Shown: positions 17,472 through 27,344, counted from the first letter of the stretch. The stretch is DNA of 32,000 nt from Nonlabens ponticola (GCF_003966335.1 NZ_CP034549.1:270001-302000), one strand, 5' to 3'. Made by a program: numbers and translations. Notes: a model not told the origin generated them from the letters alone.

Positions 17472-20400
17472 TTATGCGTTATTTCTAACCTTAACTTGAT
17501 ACATCACATTAGGCTCTGTACCTACTTCTTCAAGTAAGTGGTACATACGGTCCTGTTGCTTCACCTTATATATTTCTGATTCCTTATCGTTGATATCACC
17601 AAAAGTAATCGCACCGTTAGAACAAGCATTGGAACATGCCGTTGCAAATTCACCATCCTTGATCATACGACCATCCTTCTTGGCTTCGAGGATTGTCATT
17701 TGAGTCATTTGAATACACAAAGAACATTTCTCCATTACACCACGTGATCTCACAGTTACATCTGGGTTGATGACCATACGACCTAGATCATTGTTCATGT
17801 GGTAATCAAACTCGTCATTACCATTATACAAGAACCAGTTGAAACGACGTACTTTATAAGGACAGTTGTTAGCACAATAACGTGTACCTACACAACGGTT
17901 ATAAATCATGTGATTTTGACCTTGGCGACCGTGTGATGATGCAGCTACTGGACAAACCGTCTCACATGGAGCATGGTTACAGTGCTGACACATTACTGGC
18001 TGGAATGCTACCTGTGGATTATCTGCAGGTATTTCCAACTCACCAAATCCACCTAAAGATCCATTATCACCAAACAATCCTGTAAATCCATCTTTCTTAG
18101 ACTCATCATCCTCAAAACTATCTGTAGAAGAATAATATCTATCGATACGCAACCAGTGCATATCTCTTGATTTTCTTACCTCGCTCTTTCCTACGACTGG
18201 CACGTTGTTTTCTGCGTGACAAGCTACTACACACGCTCCACATCCAGTACAGGCATTAAGATCAAGTGACATGTTAAAGTGATGCCCTACGGATCTGTCA
18301 AAACTTTCCCATAAATCAACATCTGGTGATGTTACGGGTGTCTCAATGTGATTGAGTGATACCTCTGGCATAGGATTGAATTGATCCTTATCACCGGTTC
18401 TATATGTTTCAAGATCGGTCTCACGAATAATATCGCGACCCATCATAGTGTTTTGTAATTGCGTACATGCAAATTCATGTACTCCAGAAGCAACGCTCAT
18501 GCTTACTGGCTGCACGCTCATTCCATCCTTGTAGAACGGAAATGCATTTACACCAGTTTGCATTTCTTCTTGAATACCATCCTTTTGACCGTATCCTAAA
18601 GCAATACCAATGGTGCCTGGTGCTTGACCTGGCTGTATCAATGCTGGCAAAGTGATTTCCTTACCGTCCATTTTTACAGTAACGTTGCTACCATTGAGGG
18701 CACCGTTTGCCACGTTCTCATTTTCTATACCTAGCCTTTCAGCATCCTGCATAGAAACGGTAGCATAATTATCCCAAGTAGTACGAGTAATAGGATCCGG
18801 TAATTCCTGCAACCATGGGTTGTTAGCTTGTGTACCGTCACCTAGCGCAGTTTTAGTATAAAGGACTAATTCAAAATCAGAGGACTTGCTACTGCTATTA
18901 AGTTGACTTAGTGCAGCACTTGCAGTCATAGATGTTCCAGCATCGCTGGACGCATTCTCAGATGTTGCATTTGAACTGTAAAAACCATCTTGTAATGCCT
19001 GATTCCAGCTCGCGCCATTCCCAGTTGATGTTTCTTTTAAATAATCCTTGTATGAGGTGTCGCTACCGGACCAGACTAGCAAGGAATCCTGCATCTGGCG
19101 CGTGTTGAATAATGGCTTGATAGTAGGCTGCATCAAAGATACCTGACCGGACTTGATTTCTGCGTCACCCCAAGCTTCTAGGTAGTGTGGTGTAGTTGCT
19201 ACAACATCACTTTGCTGTGCAGTTGCATCAAGACGTGATGCAAATGACACCTTTAATGGTACATTTTTGTAAGCTTTCGCGAAAGCGTCACTATCATCAT
19301 AGCTATAAACAGGATCAACACCAGCGACCATTACGGCACCAACGCGACCTGCTTGCATATCTTCAACTAGTTGCTGTACTTGCTTGCGGTTTCCTTGACG
19401 TGATAGAATAGGTGCATCGATAATAACGATTGTGCTACCTAAACGCTCATTGATTTCTAGTGTCAATTGCTGTGCAGCCTGATCTGGCAAACCACATAAA
19501 ACGACACCTTTACTACCAGCGCGTCTCAATGATTGAGCGGCTTGCTCAACAGCTTTGGCAACTTTATCAGAAAGATTAGTTGATGATCCACCACCAACTA
19601 CTTTGCTATATAGAGCTGCAATAATTTGTTTTTGCTCCGTTGGAGTTACAGGGTAACGCTTATCGGCGTTAGCACCAGACAATGTCATATTTGCCTCAAA
19701 CTGTACGTGGTGAGACATCTTGCCATTCTTAGGAATGCGTGATTGGGAATAATTCTTGTCAAAGTTTCCACCTTGCCAGTCTCCTACAAAGTCTGCACCT
19801 ACACCAACGATACATTCTGCATCCTCAAAATCGTAATCTGCAAGACCACGCGTGCCATACTTTGCCTCAAATGCATTGAGAGCAGCATCTTCACCTACTG
19901 TATCAAGAATTACTTGACGAGCGTTAGGATAAGCAGCAGCAAAATCTGCGACCAATCTCTTGATAGAAGGACTCGCATAGGTCTGGGTTAACAGAACTAC
20001 ATCTTTACCAGCCTGTGCGTTTAACTCTTGTTTTACTTTTTTATCTACTTGCTCCCATGTAGCTTCCTTACCGTCAACTAATGGAGATTGCAACCTGTTA
20101 TTATCATAAAGACCAAGAACTGATGCGTGAACACGCGCATTTGCATGACCGCGATGCTCTGTATCTCTATTGCTTTCAATCTTTATCGGGCGACCTTCTC
20201 GAGTTTTAACTAGAATGCTGGCAAAGTCATAACCGTCTGCAATGGTAGTTGCGTAGTAGTTTGACATACCAGGAATGATGCGGTCTGGTTGCACCACATA
20301 AGGCACTGAGTGAATCACAGGTCCTTCACAAGCTGCTAGTGAAGCAGCTGCGGTACTAAATCCTACATACTTCAAGAAGTCACGACGCGTTGTCGCAGAA

Positions 20401-20540
20401 TCTTCCATAACAGCATCATCGCCTAGAAACTCCTCAGTAGGCACGGCAGTGGCAAACTCATTTTGCTCGAGATTCTTGATCATCTCGTTGCTCTCGTCTA
20501 GTTGCGCAGTGCTCTTCCAGTATTTTTTTGTAGTAGCCAT
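17472..20540 (-). CDS. actB: Alternative complex III subunit ActB (molybdopterin-oxidoreductase-like domain fused to a 4Fe-4S ferredoxin-like domain)
   Basis: 1022-aa ORF with a twin-arginine signal (TTRRDFLKYVGFSTAAA). Fe-S cysteine clusters: CTGCGACVVAC, CQHCNHAPCETVCP, CVGTRYCANNCP and CSLC. Confidence 0.9.
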   Translation of the reverse strand: MATTKKYWKSTAQLDESNEMIKNLEQNEFATAVPTEEFLGDDAVMEDSATTRRDFLKYVGFSTAAASLAACEGPVIHSVPYVVQPDRIIPGMSNYYATTIADGYDFASILVKTREGRPIKIESNRDTEHRGHANARVHASVLGLYDNNRLQSPLVDGKEATWEQVDKKVKQELNAQAGKDVVLLTQTYASPSIKRLVADFAAAYPNARQVILDTVGEDAALNAFEAKYGTRGLADYDFEDAECIVGVGADFVGDWQGGNFDKNYSQSRIPKNGKMSHHVQFEANMTLSGANADKRYPVTPTEQKQIIAALYSKVVGGGSSTNLSDKVAKAVEQAAQSLRRAGSKGVVLCGLPDQAAQQLTLEINERLGSTIVIIDAPILSRQGNRKQVQQLVEDMQAGRVGAVMVAGVDPVYSYDDSDAFAKAYKNVPLKVSFASRLDATAQQSDVVATTPHYLEAWGDAEIKSGQVSLMQPTIKPLFNTRQMQDSLLVWSGSDTSYKDYLKETSTGNGASWNQALQDGFYSSNATSENASSDAGTSMTASAALSQLNSSSKSSDFELVLYTKTALGDGTQANNPWLQELPDPITRTTWDNYATVSMQDAERLGIENENVANGALNGSNVTVKMDGKEITLPALIQPGQAPGTIGIALGYGQKDGIQEEMQTGVNAFPFYKDGMSVQPVSMSVASGVHEFACTQLQNTMMGRDIIRETDLETYRTGDKDQFNPMPEVSLNHIETPVTSPDVDLWESFDRSVGHHFNMSLDLNACTGCGACVVACHAENNVPVVGKSEVRKSRDMHWLRIDRYYSSTDSFEDDESKKDGFTGLFGDNGSLGGFGELEIPADNPQVAFQPVMCQHCNHAPCETVCPVAASSHGRQGQNHMIYNRCVGTRYCANNCPYKVRRFNWFLYNGNDEFDYHMNNDLGRMVINPDVTVRSRGVMEKCSLCIQMTQMTILEAKKDGRMIKDGEFATACSNACSNGAITFGDINDKESEIYKVKQQDRMYHLLEEVGTEPNVMYQVKVRNNA
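19273..19286. repeat. Exact palindrome copy inside actB, read as A-F-A-K-A (residues 419-423)
   Basis: Exact 14-mer. The frame was checked against the ORF coordinates. Confidence 0.9.
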
Positions 20541-20560
20541 AAAATTCTTAAGCTATAATA

Positions 20561-21919
20561 TTAATAGTGGCACTTACCACATTCAAGTCCTCCTAAATCT
20601 GCGATGGTCAATTGGCGACCGCCACGCTTTTCAGATAGTTCCTTGTGAATTTCCTCGTAATAACCGTTTCCTTGCAGATCAACATTTGTCTCTCTGTGAC
20701 AGTTGATACACCAGCCCATCGTGAGTGGTGAATACTGATACATGATTTCCATTTCCTGCACCTGACCGTGACAAGTTTGACAGGCGATATTTCCAGCCTG
20801 CACGTGTTGTGCGTGGTTAAAGTAGGCAAGATCTGGTAAGTTATGAATACGCACCCAACGAACTGGTTCTTCTTCACCAGAATAAGATTGGGTTTCTTCA
20901 TCCCAACCTACGGCTGCGTATAATTTTTGTATCTCTTTGTTATAATCAACGCCGTATTCATTGATACCTTCTTGATAGGTCTCGTTAGCCACCTCAGCAA
21001 TTTGTTTGTGACAGTTCATACACACATTGAGTGATGGGATACCAGCGTGCTTAGACTCACGTACACTTGAGTGACAGTACTTACACTCGATCTGACTTAC
21101 ACCAGCGTGAATTCTATGCGAGTAATGGATTGGCTGTACCGGCGCATAACCTTGATCAACACCAACTGCCATTAAAGCACCGTAAGCAAAATATGCACTT
21201 GCCAACAATAAGAATACAGCAGACACTAGTACTAAAAATTGATTCTGAATAAACGCTTGCCAGATTGGAGTTCTAGTTTCAGCTTCTTCATCTTCAAACT
21301 CTGTTTGAATACCGTTAGCCTCAGCAAAACGCTTCAGCGTTTTATTAACCGCAAACAGCACGACAATAAGCACCACAAGTACTAGAGCGAGAGCACCTAG
21401 AACGATATTATTAGTCATGGTCGTATCGACCGGAGCTAATTCCGCTTGAGCTTCTGGCCCCAAAACCTGAGCTACTGGCTTAGGTGTGTTGGTATAGGCA
21501 AGGATATTATCAATATCCGTGTTTGTTAAATTGGGAAAGGCATTCATGTTAGACTGCCCGTACTCATTGTAGATCTCATTTGCCTGCGCATCACCACTCG
21601 CGATAAGTGCAGCACTATTCTTAATCCACTTGTACAACCACTCGCGCTCACGACGCTTAGTTACTTCAAATAGAGCTGGTCCTGTCGCACGTTTGTACAA
21701 CTTGTGACAAGAGGCACAATTGGATTTGAATAATTTCTCGCCTGCAGCGGCGTCACCTATAGTGTCTTCTTCAGGAGCAGCTTCTGCCTCAACCGGCATT
21801 GCAGGCTCACCGTCAGAGGTGTCAAGATCCTGAGCAGCTGATTGTAACATAGAAAAAGTTACAAAAACAGATGCTAGAACAAACTGCCAGACAGAAAGAT
21901 GTAATTTCTTATTTATCAT
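20561..21919 (-). CDS. actA: Alternative complex III subunit ActA, multiheme c-type cytochrome with six CxxCH motifs
   Basis: 452-aa ORF with a signal peptide. CxxCH motifs at C68, C279, C300, C380, C404 and C447. Hydrophobic segments at ~171-191 and ~227-254. It is the first gene of the act cluster. Confidence 0.88.
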   Translation of the reverse strand: MINKKLHLSVWQFVLASVFVTFSMLQSAAQDLDTSDGEPAMPVEAEAAPEEDTIGDAAAGEKLFKSNCASCHKLYKRATGPALFEVTKRREREWLYKWIKNSAALIASGDAQANEIYNEYGQSNMNAFPNLTNTDIDNILAYTNTPKPVAQVLGPEAQAELAPVDTTMTNNIVLGALALVLVVLIVVLFAVNKTLKRFAEANGIQTEFEDEEAETRTPIWQAFIQNQFLVLVSAVFLLLASAYFAYGALMAVGVDQGYAPVQPIHYSHRIHAGVSQIECKYCHSSVRESKHAGIPSLNVCMNCHKQIAEVANETYQEGINEYGVDYNKEIQKLYAAVGWDEETQSYSGEEEPVRWVRIHNLPDLAYFNHAQHVQAGNIACQTCHGQVQEMEIMYQYSPLTMGWCINCHRETNVDLQGNGYYEEIHKELSEKRGGRQLTIADLGGLECGKCHY

Positions 21920-21989
21920 CTCGTTTAATGATTATTGCGATAACTTTGGCACGATAATCACAGTGTTTTACTGTGTTATTAATGCTTTG

Positions 21990-21997
21990 CAAAAATA
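21990..21997 (-). promoter_or_regulatory. Candidate -7 box (TATTTTTG) for the act-cta operon
   Basis: Exact TAnnTTTG match on the minus strand ~70 nt upstream of the actA ATG. A small hairpin (CACAGT-gtttt-ACTGTG, ~21961-21977) lies in the putative leader. Confidence 0.35.
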
Positions 21998-22065
21998 GGT
22001 CATAATTGCCATAAAGTTTGTAGGTCAGTATCAAGAAATTAATTTATAAACGTTCTAAATAGAAT

Positions 22066-22085
22066 TTTGCTTTCGCGAAAGCAAA
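22066..22085. repeat. Intergenic 20-bp perfect palindrome TTTGCTTTCGCGAAAGCAAA (contains the 14-mer core)
   Basis: Read directly. It lies in the divergent region between actA and the SPOR-like gene, 18 nt upstream of the latter's ATG. Confidence 0.9.
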
Positions 22086-22103
22086 CTCGTCAAAAACCTT
22101 ACT

Positions 22104-22478
22104 ATGATTACAAAAACCCTAAAAAACCTCTTACTAGTTGGTTGCGTGCTTTTTACAGTACAAGCCACCTTTTCCCAAGCTACCAAAAAGTTAAATGAGG
22201 CCACCATCGAGAAGCTCGTAGCGACTAAAATCGACATGGATAAGGCTGGACAGTTTAACGATCGATACACCATATATATTTATCAAGGTGATGTGCAAAA
22301 AGCCAATTCTACCAAGTCTAGATATGACAACCTAGGCCTGCCGTGGAAATCTGAATTGAAATATGAAGAGCCTAATATGAAAGTGTATGTAGGAAAATAT
22401 CGCAGCCGTCTTGAGGCAGAAAGAGCACTGCTAGAAGTAAGAAAAGTATTCCCAAATGCCCGAGTATTGAAGCCATAG
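22104..22478 (+). CDS. Small secreted SPOR-domain-like protein
   Basis: 124-aa ORF with an ATG start and a signal peptide (LLLVGCVLFTVQATFSQA). The C-terminal ~70 aa (YTIYIYQGD...VYVGKYRSRLEAERALLEVRKVFPNARVLK) resemble a SPOR fold pattern. A terminator follows. Confidence 0.55.
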   Translation: MITKTLKNLLLVGCVLFTVQATFSQATKKLNEATIEKLVATKIDMDKAGQFNDRYTIYIYQGDVQKANSTKSRYDNLGLPWKSELKYEEPNMKVYVGKYRSRLEAERALLEVRKVFPNARVLKP

Positions 22479-22495
22479 TAAAAACATCACAATAT

Positions 22496-22533
22496 AAAAA
22501 AGCCCTACTGATTGATTCAGCAGGGCTTTTTAC
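22496..22533. terminator. Bidirectional intrinsic terminator between the SPOR-like gene and infB
   Basis: aaaaaaGCCCTACTGattgattCAGCAGGGCttttt: a 9-bp stem with one mismatch, flanked by an A-run and a T-run. Confidence 0.7.
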
Positions 22534-22552
22534 TTTTTAACTTCTCTTGTAA

Positions 22553-25306
22553 TTATAAGGTTTTTCTTACCTCAACCTCACGGAAGCTTTCTATTACATC
22601 GTTCTCTTGAACGTCGTTGTAATTCTTGATCTGGATACCACATTCATAACCTTTGGCTACTTCCTTGACATCATCCTTGAATCGTTTAAGTGCTGCCAGC
22701 GTACCTGTGTAAACTACCACGCCGTCACGTATCAATCTCACACCGCTATTGCGATAGATCTTGCCGTCTTGAACCATACAACCTGCGATAGTACCGATTT
22801 TGGATATCTTAAACGTTGCTCTAACCTCAGCAGATCCTGTGATCTCTTCTTTTAGCTCTGGAGACAACATGCCTTCCATCGCATCTTTAAGATCATTGAT
22901 CGCATCATAAATGATCGAGTACATACGGATGTCCACTTCTTCCTGCTCTGCAACCGCACGGGCATTACCTTGTGGTCTCACGTTAAATCCTATGATGATC
23001 GCATCAGAAGCGCTTGCCAATAGGACATCACTTTCAGTAATCGCACCAACTGCCTTGTGTATGATATTCACTTGAATTTCCTCAGTTGACAGTTTCTGGA
23101 ACGAGTCAGTCAATGCCTCGACAGATCCATCCACATCACCTTTAAGGATCAAGTTCAATTCTTTAAAGTCTCCGAGAGCGATACGACGTCCTATCTCATC
23201 AAGAGATAGTGTCTTTTGCGTTCTAACAGATTGCTCACGCTGTAGTTGAGTACGTCTTGCAGCAATAGATTTTGCCTCACGCTCATCCTCAAATACATGG
23301 AACTTATCACCTGCTTGCGGTGCACCGTCCAGACCTAATATAGATACTGGCGTTGCTGGACCTGCTGCCTCAACATCATGTCCACGCTCATCTTGCATGG
23401 CTTTAACTTTACCATGTGTACGTCCAGCAAGAACGTAATCACCAACCTTAAGAGTACCAGCCTGTACAAGAATTGTACTTACATAACCACGACCTTTATC
23501 AAGGAAGGCTTCAACAACTGTACCTGTAGCAGGTTTGTCTGGGTTAGCTTTGAGATCAAGAAGTTCTGCTTCTAGCAATACTTTCTCTAACAATTCAGGC
23601 ACACCTTGACCAGTTTTTGCAGATAGGTCTTGAGATTGGATTTTTCCACCCCAATCTTCTACCAGCAAATTCATATTTGCCAATGATTCTTTAATCTTCT
23701 CAGGATTTGCTACTTCACGATCCACCTTGTTGATCGCAAAAACGATAGGCACGCCAGCTGCCTGTGCGTGACTTATTGCCTCTTTAGTCTGTGGCATAAC
23801 ATCATCATCTGCAGCAATCACAATGATTGCAAGGTCAGTCACCTGTGCACCACGCGCACGCATGGCGGTAAAGGCCTCGTGACCAGGTGTATCGAGGAAA
23901 GTGATTTTTTGACCATCTTTCAATTGTACACCATATGCACCAATGTGCTGTGTAATACCACCGCTTTCTCCAGCTATTACATTTTCTTCACGTATATAAT
24001 CAAGTAACGACGTCTTACCGTGGTCAACGTGACCCATTACGGTTACAATTGGTGCTCTAGGCTCTAATTGATCCTCGCTATCCTCAACCTCTGCAATGCT
24101 TTCTTCTATGTCTGCGTTTACAAAGTCCATCTCAAATCCGAACTCCTCTGCAACAATAGTCATGGTCTCTGCGTCAAGACGCTGATTCATGGTCACCATC
24201 ATTCCTAATGACATACAAGCACCAATTACTTGGTTCACAGGTACGTCCATCATGGTGGACAAATCGCTTACCGTTACAAACTCTGTAACCTTGAGTTCTT
24301 TGTTTTCCGCTTGTTCAAGCTCTTGAGCTTCCACTTTTTCACGGTGAATATCTCGCTTGTCACGTCGGTATCTCGCCGCCTTAGATTTAGAAGATTTCCC
24401 TTGAAGTTTTTCAAGAGTTTCTCTAACCTGCTTTTGGATTTCTTCCTCAGTAGGCTCTGCCTTGACAATATTTTTTCTTCCTGTATTCGGTCCACGACGT
24501 GAACCGCCACCAGCTCCTGGTTTAGAAATACGCTTACGCTTACGCTTGTCGTCCTTCTTTTTAGGCTTTGCAAACTTAGAGAGGTCAATCTTCTTTCCAG
24601 TCACTTTAAGACCACCTAGTTTTTGATACTCGGTTTTGATCTTTTCTGGTTCGTCTTCAGTACTTGGAGCTACAATACCAGCTGGAGTGCTTGTTGCTTT
24701 TTCCTCTTCCTTTTCTGGAGCTTTCTCTGCTTTTACAGGTGCTGCTTCTTCTTTTTTAGCAACCGCTTTTTTACTAGCCGCTTTCTTAGGAGCATCTAGA
24801 TCAATTTTACCCTTGACAACCGTCTCCGTTTTTTTAGAAGGTCTGTTGGATACCGTTTCTGGTTCAGCAACCGCTTCTTTAACAGCTTCAGCCTTTTTCT
24901 CTTCAGGCTGCTTGTTTTCAGGAACGTTGTCAACTGCTTTTTCCTTACCAGTAGTTTTGGTTGCATCGAGATCGATACTACCTACGGTTTTAGGACCAGA
25001 CAAGGTCTTTTTAGCTTTGATGACTTCTTGGCGCTTCTGCTTTTCTTCCTGTTCCTTCTCACGTTGTATGCGCAGTTCTTCTTGCTCCTTGCGTCGCTCT
25101 GCACCTACTTCCTTAGAAGCTACCTTTTTAGTCTTATCGGTTTGAAACTCGTCTGCGAGTGCTTGATAGACGCTACTATCAATCTTTGTCGTGGGACGCG
25201 CCTCGATTTCAATTCCTTGGTCCTTGAGGTAGTCCACGGCACGATCTAGAGAAATATTAAATTCTCTAAGCACCTTGTTGAGTCTCATGTTCTTTACTTC
25301 GGCCAT
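22553..25306 (-). CDS. infB: Translation initiation factor IF-2
   Basis: 917-aa ORF with an ATG start. GTPase motifs [17 protein letters not shown] and NKVD, plus a long Lys/Glu/Ala-rich N-terminal region. Confidence 0.97.
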   Translation of the reverse strand: MAEVKNMRLNKVLREFNISLDRAVDYLKDQGIEIEARPTTKIDSSVYQALADEFQTDKTKKVASKEVGAERRKEQEELRIQREKEQEEKQKRQEVIKAKKTLSGPKTVGSIDLDATKTTGKEKAVDNVPENKQPEEKKAEAVKEAVAEPETVSNRPSKKTETVVKGKIDLDAPKKAASKKAVAKKEEAAPVKAEKAPEKEEEKATSTPAGIVAPSTEDEPEKIKTEYQKLGGLKVTGKKIDLSKFAKPKKKDDKRKRKRISKPGAGGGSRRGPNTGRKNIVKAEPTEEEIQKQVRETLEKLQGKSSKSKAARYRRDKRDIHREKVEAQELEQAENKELKVTEFVTVSDLSTMMDVPVNQVIGACMSLGMMVTMNQRLDAETMTIVAEEFGFEMDFVNADIEESIAEVEDSEDQLEPRAPIVTVMGHVDHGKTSLLDYIREENVIAGESGGITQHIGAYGVQLKDGQKITFLDTPGHEAFTAMRARGAQVTDLAIIVIAADDDVMPQTKEAISHAQAAGVPIVFAINKVDREVANPEKIKESLANMNLLVEDWGGKIQSQDLSAKTGQGVPELLEKVLLEAELLDLKANPDKPATGTVVEAFLDKGRGYVSTILVQAGTLKVGDYVLAGRTHGKVKAMQDERGHDVEAAGPATPVSILGLDGAPQAGDKFHVFEDEREAKSIAARRTQLQREQSVRTQKTLSLDEIGRRIALGDFKELNLILKGDVDGSVEALTDSFQKLSTEEIQVNIIHKAVGAITESDVLLASASDAIIIGFNVRPQGNARAVAEQEEVDIRMYSIIYDAINDLKDAMEGMLSPELKEEITGSAEVRATFKISKIGTIAGCMVQDGKIYRNSGVRLIRDGVVVYTGTLAALKRFKDDVKEVAKGYECGIQIKNYNDVQENDVIESFREVEVRKTL

Positions 25307-25330
25307 AAATACCTATGGGTTGTTTTTTTA

Positions 25331-26563
25331 CTAATCTTCAAATTCTGACTTAAGGATATCTACAACTGCTTGCACAGTTTCTTCCTCAAGATCGGTACGC
25401 TTTACAAGATCATCCACATCTTGCTCTAATACACTCTTGGCAGTATCCAGCCCAATTTTACTAAACTCTTCAATCACCCAACCTTCAATCTCATCAGAGA
25501 ATTCAGTTAGCTCGACATCTTCTTCTACACCTTCACGTATTACATCGATGTCATAGCCTGTCAATTTTCCTGCCAGTCTAATGTTGTGTCCTCGACGACC
25601 TATGGCTTTTGAAACCTCTTCTGGATTCAAACGCACCTCTGCCTTCTTAGTTTCCTCATTAAGTTCCATGGAGACAATTTTTGCGGGACTTAATGCTCTT
25701 GATATATATAACTGAGTATTTGAGGTCCAATTGATAACATCAATGTTCTCATTACCCAATTCACGCACGATACCATGAATACGACTACCCTTGACACCTA
25801 CACAGGCACCTACTGGATCAATTCTATCATCATAGCTATCGACAGCAACTTTAGCTTTCTCACCTGGCTCTCTTACTACAGCCTTGACCGTTATCACACC
25901 ATCAAAGACCTCAGGAATTTCATGCTCAAACAATTTCTCCAAGAACTTAGGTGACGTTCTAGACAATATAATGTTAGGCTTATTACCTCTCAATTCTACG
26001 CTTTCAATGATTCCACGCACGCTTTCTCCCTTGCGGAAAAAATCTGAAGGTATCTGACGATCCTTAGGCATAATAATCTCGTTGCCTTCATCATCTAGCA
26101 AGATAATGGCACGATGACGTATGTGGTGCACCTCTGCATTATACAACTCACCTTCCAGCTCTTTGAAGTGCTTGAAGATGTTAGTATTATCGTGTTCGTG
26201 AATTTTTGAAATCAAATTTTGTCTCAATGCAAGAATTGCACGACGACCCAACTGGATCAACTTCACCTCTTCTGCAACGTCTTCACCGATTTCATAATCA
26301 GGTTCAATCTTTTGAGCCTCAGTCAATGAAATTTCAGAATTATCGTCCTCTACTTCACCATCTGCCACTACCACGCGATTGCGCCATATCTCTAAATCAC
26401 CTTTATCTGGATTGATAATAATGTCAAAGTTATCGTCCTCACCGTACTTACGCTTCAACGCACTTCTGAAAACATCTTCTAGGATCGCCATCAACGTGAC
26501 GCGATCGATCATTTTATCATCTTTAAACTCAGAAAAGGACTCGATTAATGCGAGATTTTCCAT
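25331..26563 (-). CDS. nusA: Transcription termination/antitermination factor NusA
   Basis: The track ORF starts at a GTG (26569, MNMENL...). The ATG two codons downstream (26563) gives MENLALIESFSEFKDD..., which matches the usual NusA N-terminus. S1 and KH regions are present (GDPVGACVGVKGSRI, AIGRRGHNIRLA). Confidence 0.93.
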   Translation of the reverse strand: MENLALIESFSEFKDDKMIDRVTLMAILEDVFRSALKRKYGEDDNFDIIINPDKGDLEIWRNRVVVADGEVEDDNSEISLTEAQKIEPDYEIGEDVAEEVKLIQLGRRAILALRQNLISKIHEHDNTNIFKHFKELEGELYNAEVHHIRHRAIILLDDEGNEIIMPKDRQIPSDFFRKGESVRGIIESVELRGNKPNIILSRTSPKFLEKLFEHEIPEVFDGVITVKAVVREPGEKAKVAVDSYDDRIDPVGACVGVKGSRIHGIVRELGNENIDVINWTSNTQLYISRALSPAKIVSMELNEETKKAEVRLNPEEVSKAIGRRGHNIRLAGKLTGYDIDVIREGVEEDVELTEFSDEIEGWVIEEFSKIGLDTAKSVLEQDVDDLVKRTDLEEETVQAVVDILKSEFED

Positions 26564-26571
26564 ATTCACTT

Positions 26572-27036
26572 TTAATTAAATGTTATAACAACTTTTGCTT
26601 GCTTAATATCCTTGTAGTCAATTGACCACTCTTTATCAACGGTAACTTTACCTTTTCCTATAGGTTTAGGCTCTCGCGCCTTCCAGGTAATGGTTACTTG
26701 TTTATCATCAGCTTTTTCAAGAGTGCCGGTCTCTTTTCTCTTATCGCGATCCACTATCTCTAGCTTGCGACCTACATTCTTTATGTATTGCCTATGGTGA
26801 GTAAGTGGCTTGCCTACACCAGCGCTAGTAACCTCAAGAGAGAAATCCATTTCTTCTCTATCTAATTGATGTTCAACCGCTCTAGATACAAAAATACAAT
26901 CTGCTACCTTAACATCCTGATCACCATCAATCACCACTTTAATAATATTGCCAGAAGCAATGTCCAGACTAATTAAAAATAAATCTGGTCTCTCTTCAAA
27001 TGCTGCATCCAGCAGCTCTCTTACGCGTTTTTCCAC
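26572..27036 (-). CDS. rimP: Ribosome maturation factor RimP
   Basis: 154-aa ORF immediately upstream of nusA. The start codon is GTG and there is no in-frame ATG nearby. The N-terminus (V)EKRVRELLDAAFEERPDLFLISLDI is RimP-like. Confidence 0.85.
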   Translation of the reverse strand: MEKRVRELLDAAFEERPDLFLISLDIASGNIIKVVIDGDQDVKVADCIFVSRAVEHQLDREEMDFSLEVTSAGVGKPLTHHRQYIKNVGRKLEIVDRDKRKETGTLEKADDKQVTITWKAREPKPIGKGKVTVDKEWSIDYKDIKQAKVVITFN

Positions 27037-27045
27037 TCTATCTTA

Positions 27046-27072
27046 TAAAAAGAGGGGACTTTATGTCCCCTC
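27046..27072 (-). terminator. Terminator/attenuator-like hairpin in the rimP leader (GAGGGGAC-ataaa-GTCCCCTC + TTTTT), ~10 nt before the rimP GTG
   Basis: Read directly on the minus strand: an 8-bp GC-rich stem followed by T5. Confidence 0.5.
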
Positions 27073-27091
27073 ATATTTTTCAAATACGCTG

Positions 27092-27099
27092 CAAATATA
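27092..27099 (-). promoter_or_regulatory. Candidate -7 box (TATATTTG) for rimP-nusA-infB
   Basis: Exact TAnnTTTG match on the minus strand ~55 nt upstream of the rimP start and upstream of the leader hairpin. Confidence 0.35.
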
Positions 27100-27181
27100 G
27101 TATTTTTTTAAGGTTCTGCAATAGATGTTGTTATGCTGGTTTGTTGGCATAAATTGCTTTGAGTGGAAAAGAGTTTTAGGG

Positions 27182-27205
27182 ATTACGCTTTCGCGAAAGC
27201 GTAAT
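27182..27205. repeat. Intergenic 24-bp perfect palindrome ATTACGCTTTCGCGAAAGCGTAAT (longest copy of the repeat)
   Basis: Read directly. It lies between the tRNA-Gln terminator and the rimP promoter region. Confidence 0.92.
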
Positions 27206-27225
27206 TATTACAAACGTCCTGCAAT

Positions 27226-27256
27226 AAAAAACCCAACTCCTTTGAGAAGTTGGGCT
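27226..27256 (-). terminator. Intrinsic terminator of tRNA-Gln (CCCAACT-tctcaaagg-AGTTGGG + TTTTTT)
   Basis: Read on the minus strand, starting ~8 nt after the tRNA 3' end. Confidence 0.7.
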
Positions 27257-27263
27257 TTACTAG

Positions 27264-27334
27264 TTGTCCCACAAGGACTCGAACCTTGAATGACGGTACC
27301 AAAAACCGTAGTGTTACCATTACACCATGGGACA
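27264..27334 (-). tRNA. tRNA-Gln (anticodon UUG)
   Basis: Hand-folded cloverleaf. Acceptor stem TGTCCCA/TGGGACA, D stem GTGT/ACAC, anticodon stem ACGGT/ACCGT with loop TTTTGGT (anticodon TTG), T stem CAAGG/CCTTG with loop TTCGAGT, discriminator A. CCA is not encoded. Length 71 nt. Confidence 0.9.
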
Positions 27335-27344
27335 ATAGCGGCTG

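Noticed and set aside
24636-25145. 169-aa plus-strand ORF (with neighbours 25028-25249 and 24230-24502) antisense to infB
   Set aside because: It lies opposite the Lys/Glu/Ala-rich low-complexity N-terminal region of IF-2. The antisense of GAA/AAA/GCx-rich codons is Ser/Phe/Leu/Ala-rich and stop-poor. The translated product is low-complexity with no recognisable domain, and infB is unambiguous.
26564-26569. GTG at 26569 as the nusA start (track ORF MNMENL...)
   Set aside because: The ATG at 26563 gives the conventional NusA N-terminus MENLALIESF. The extra two codons merely reflect the longest-ORF convention.
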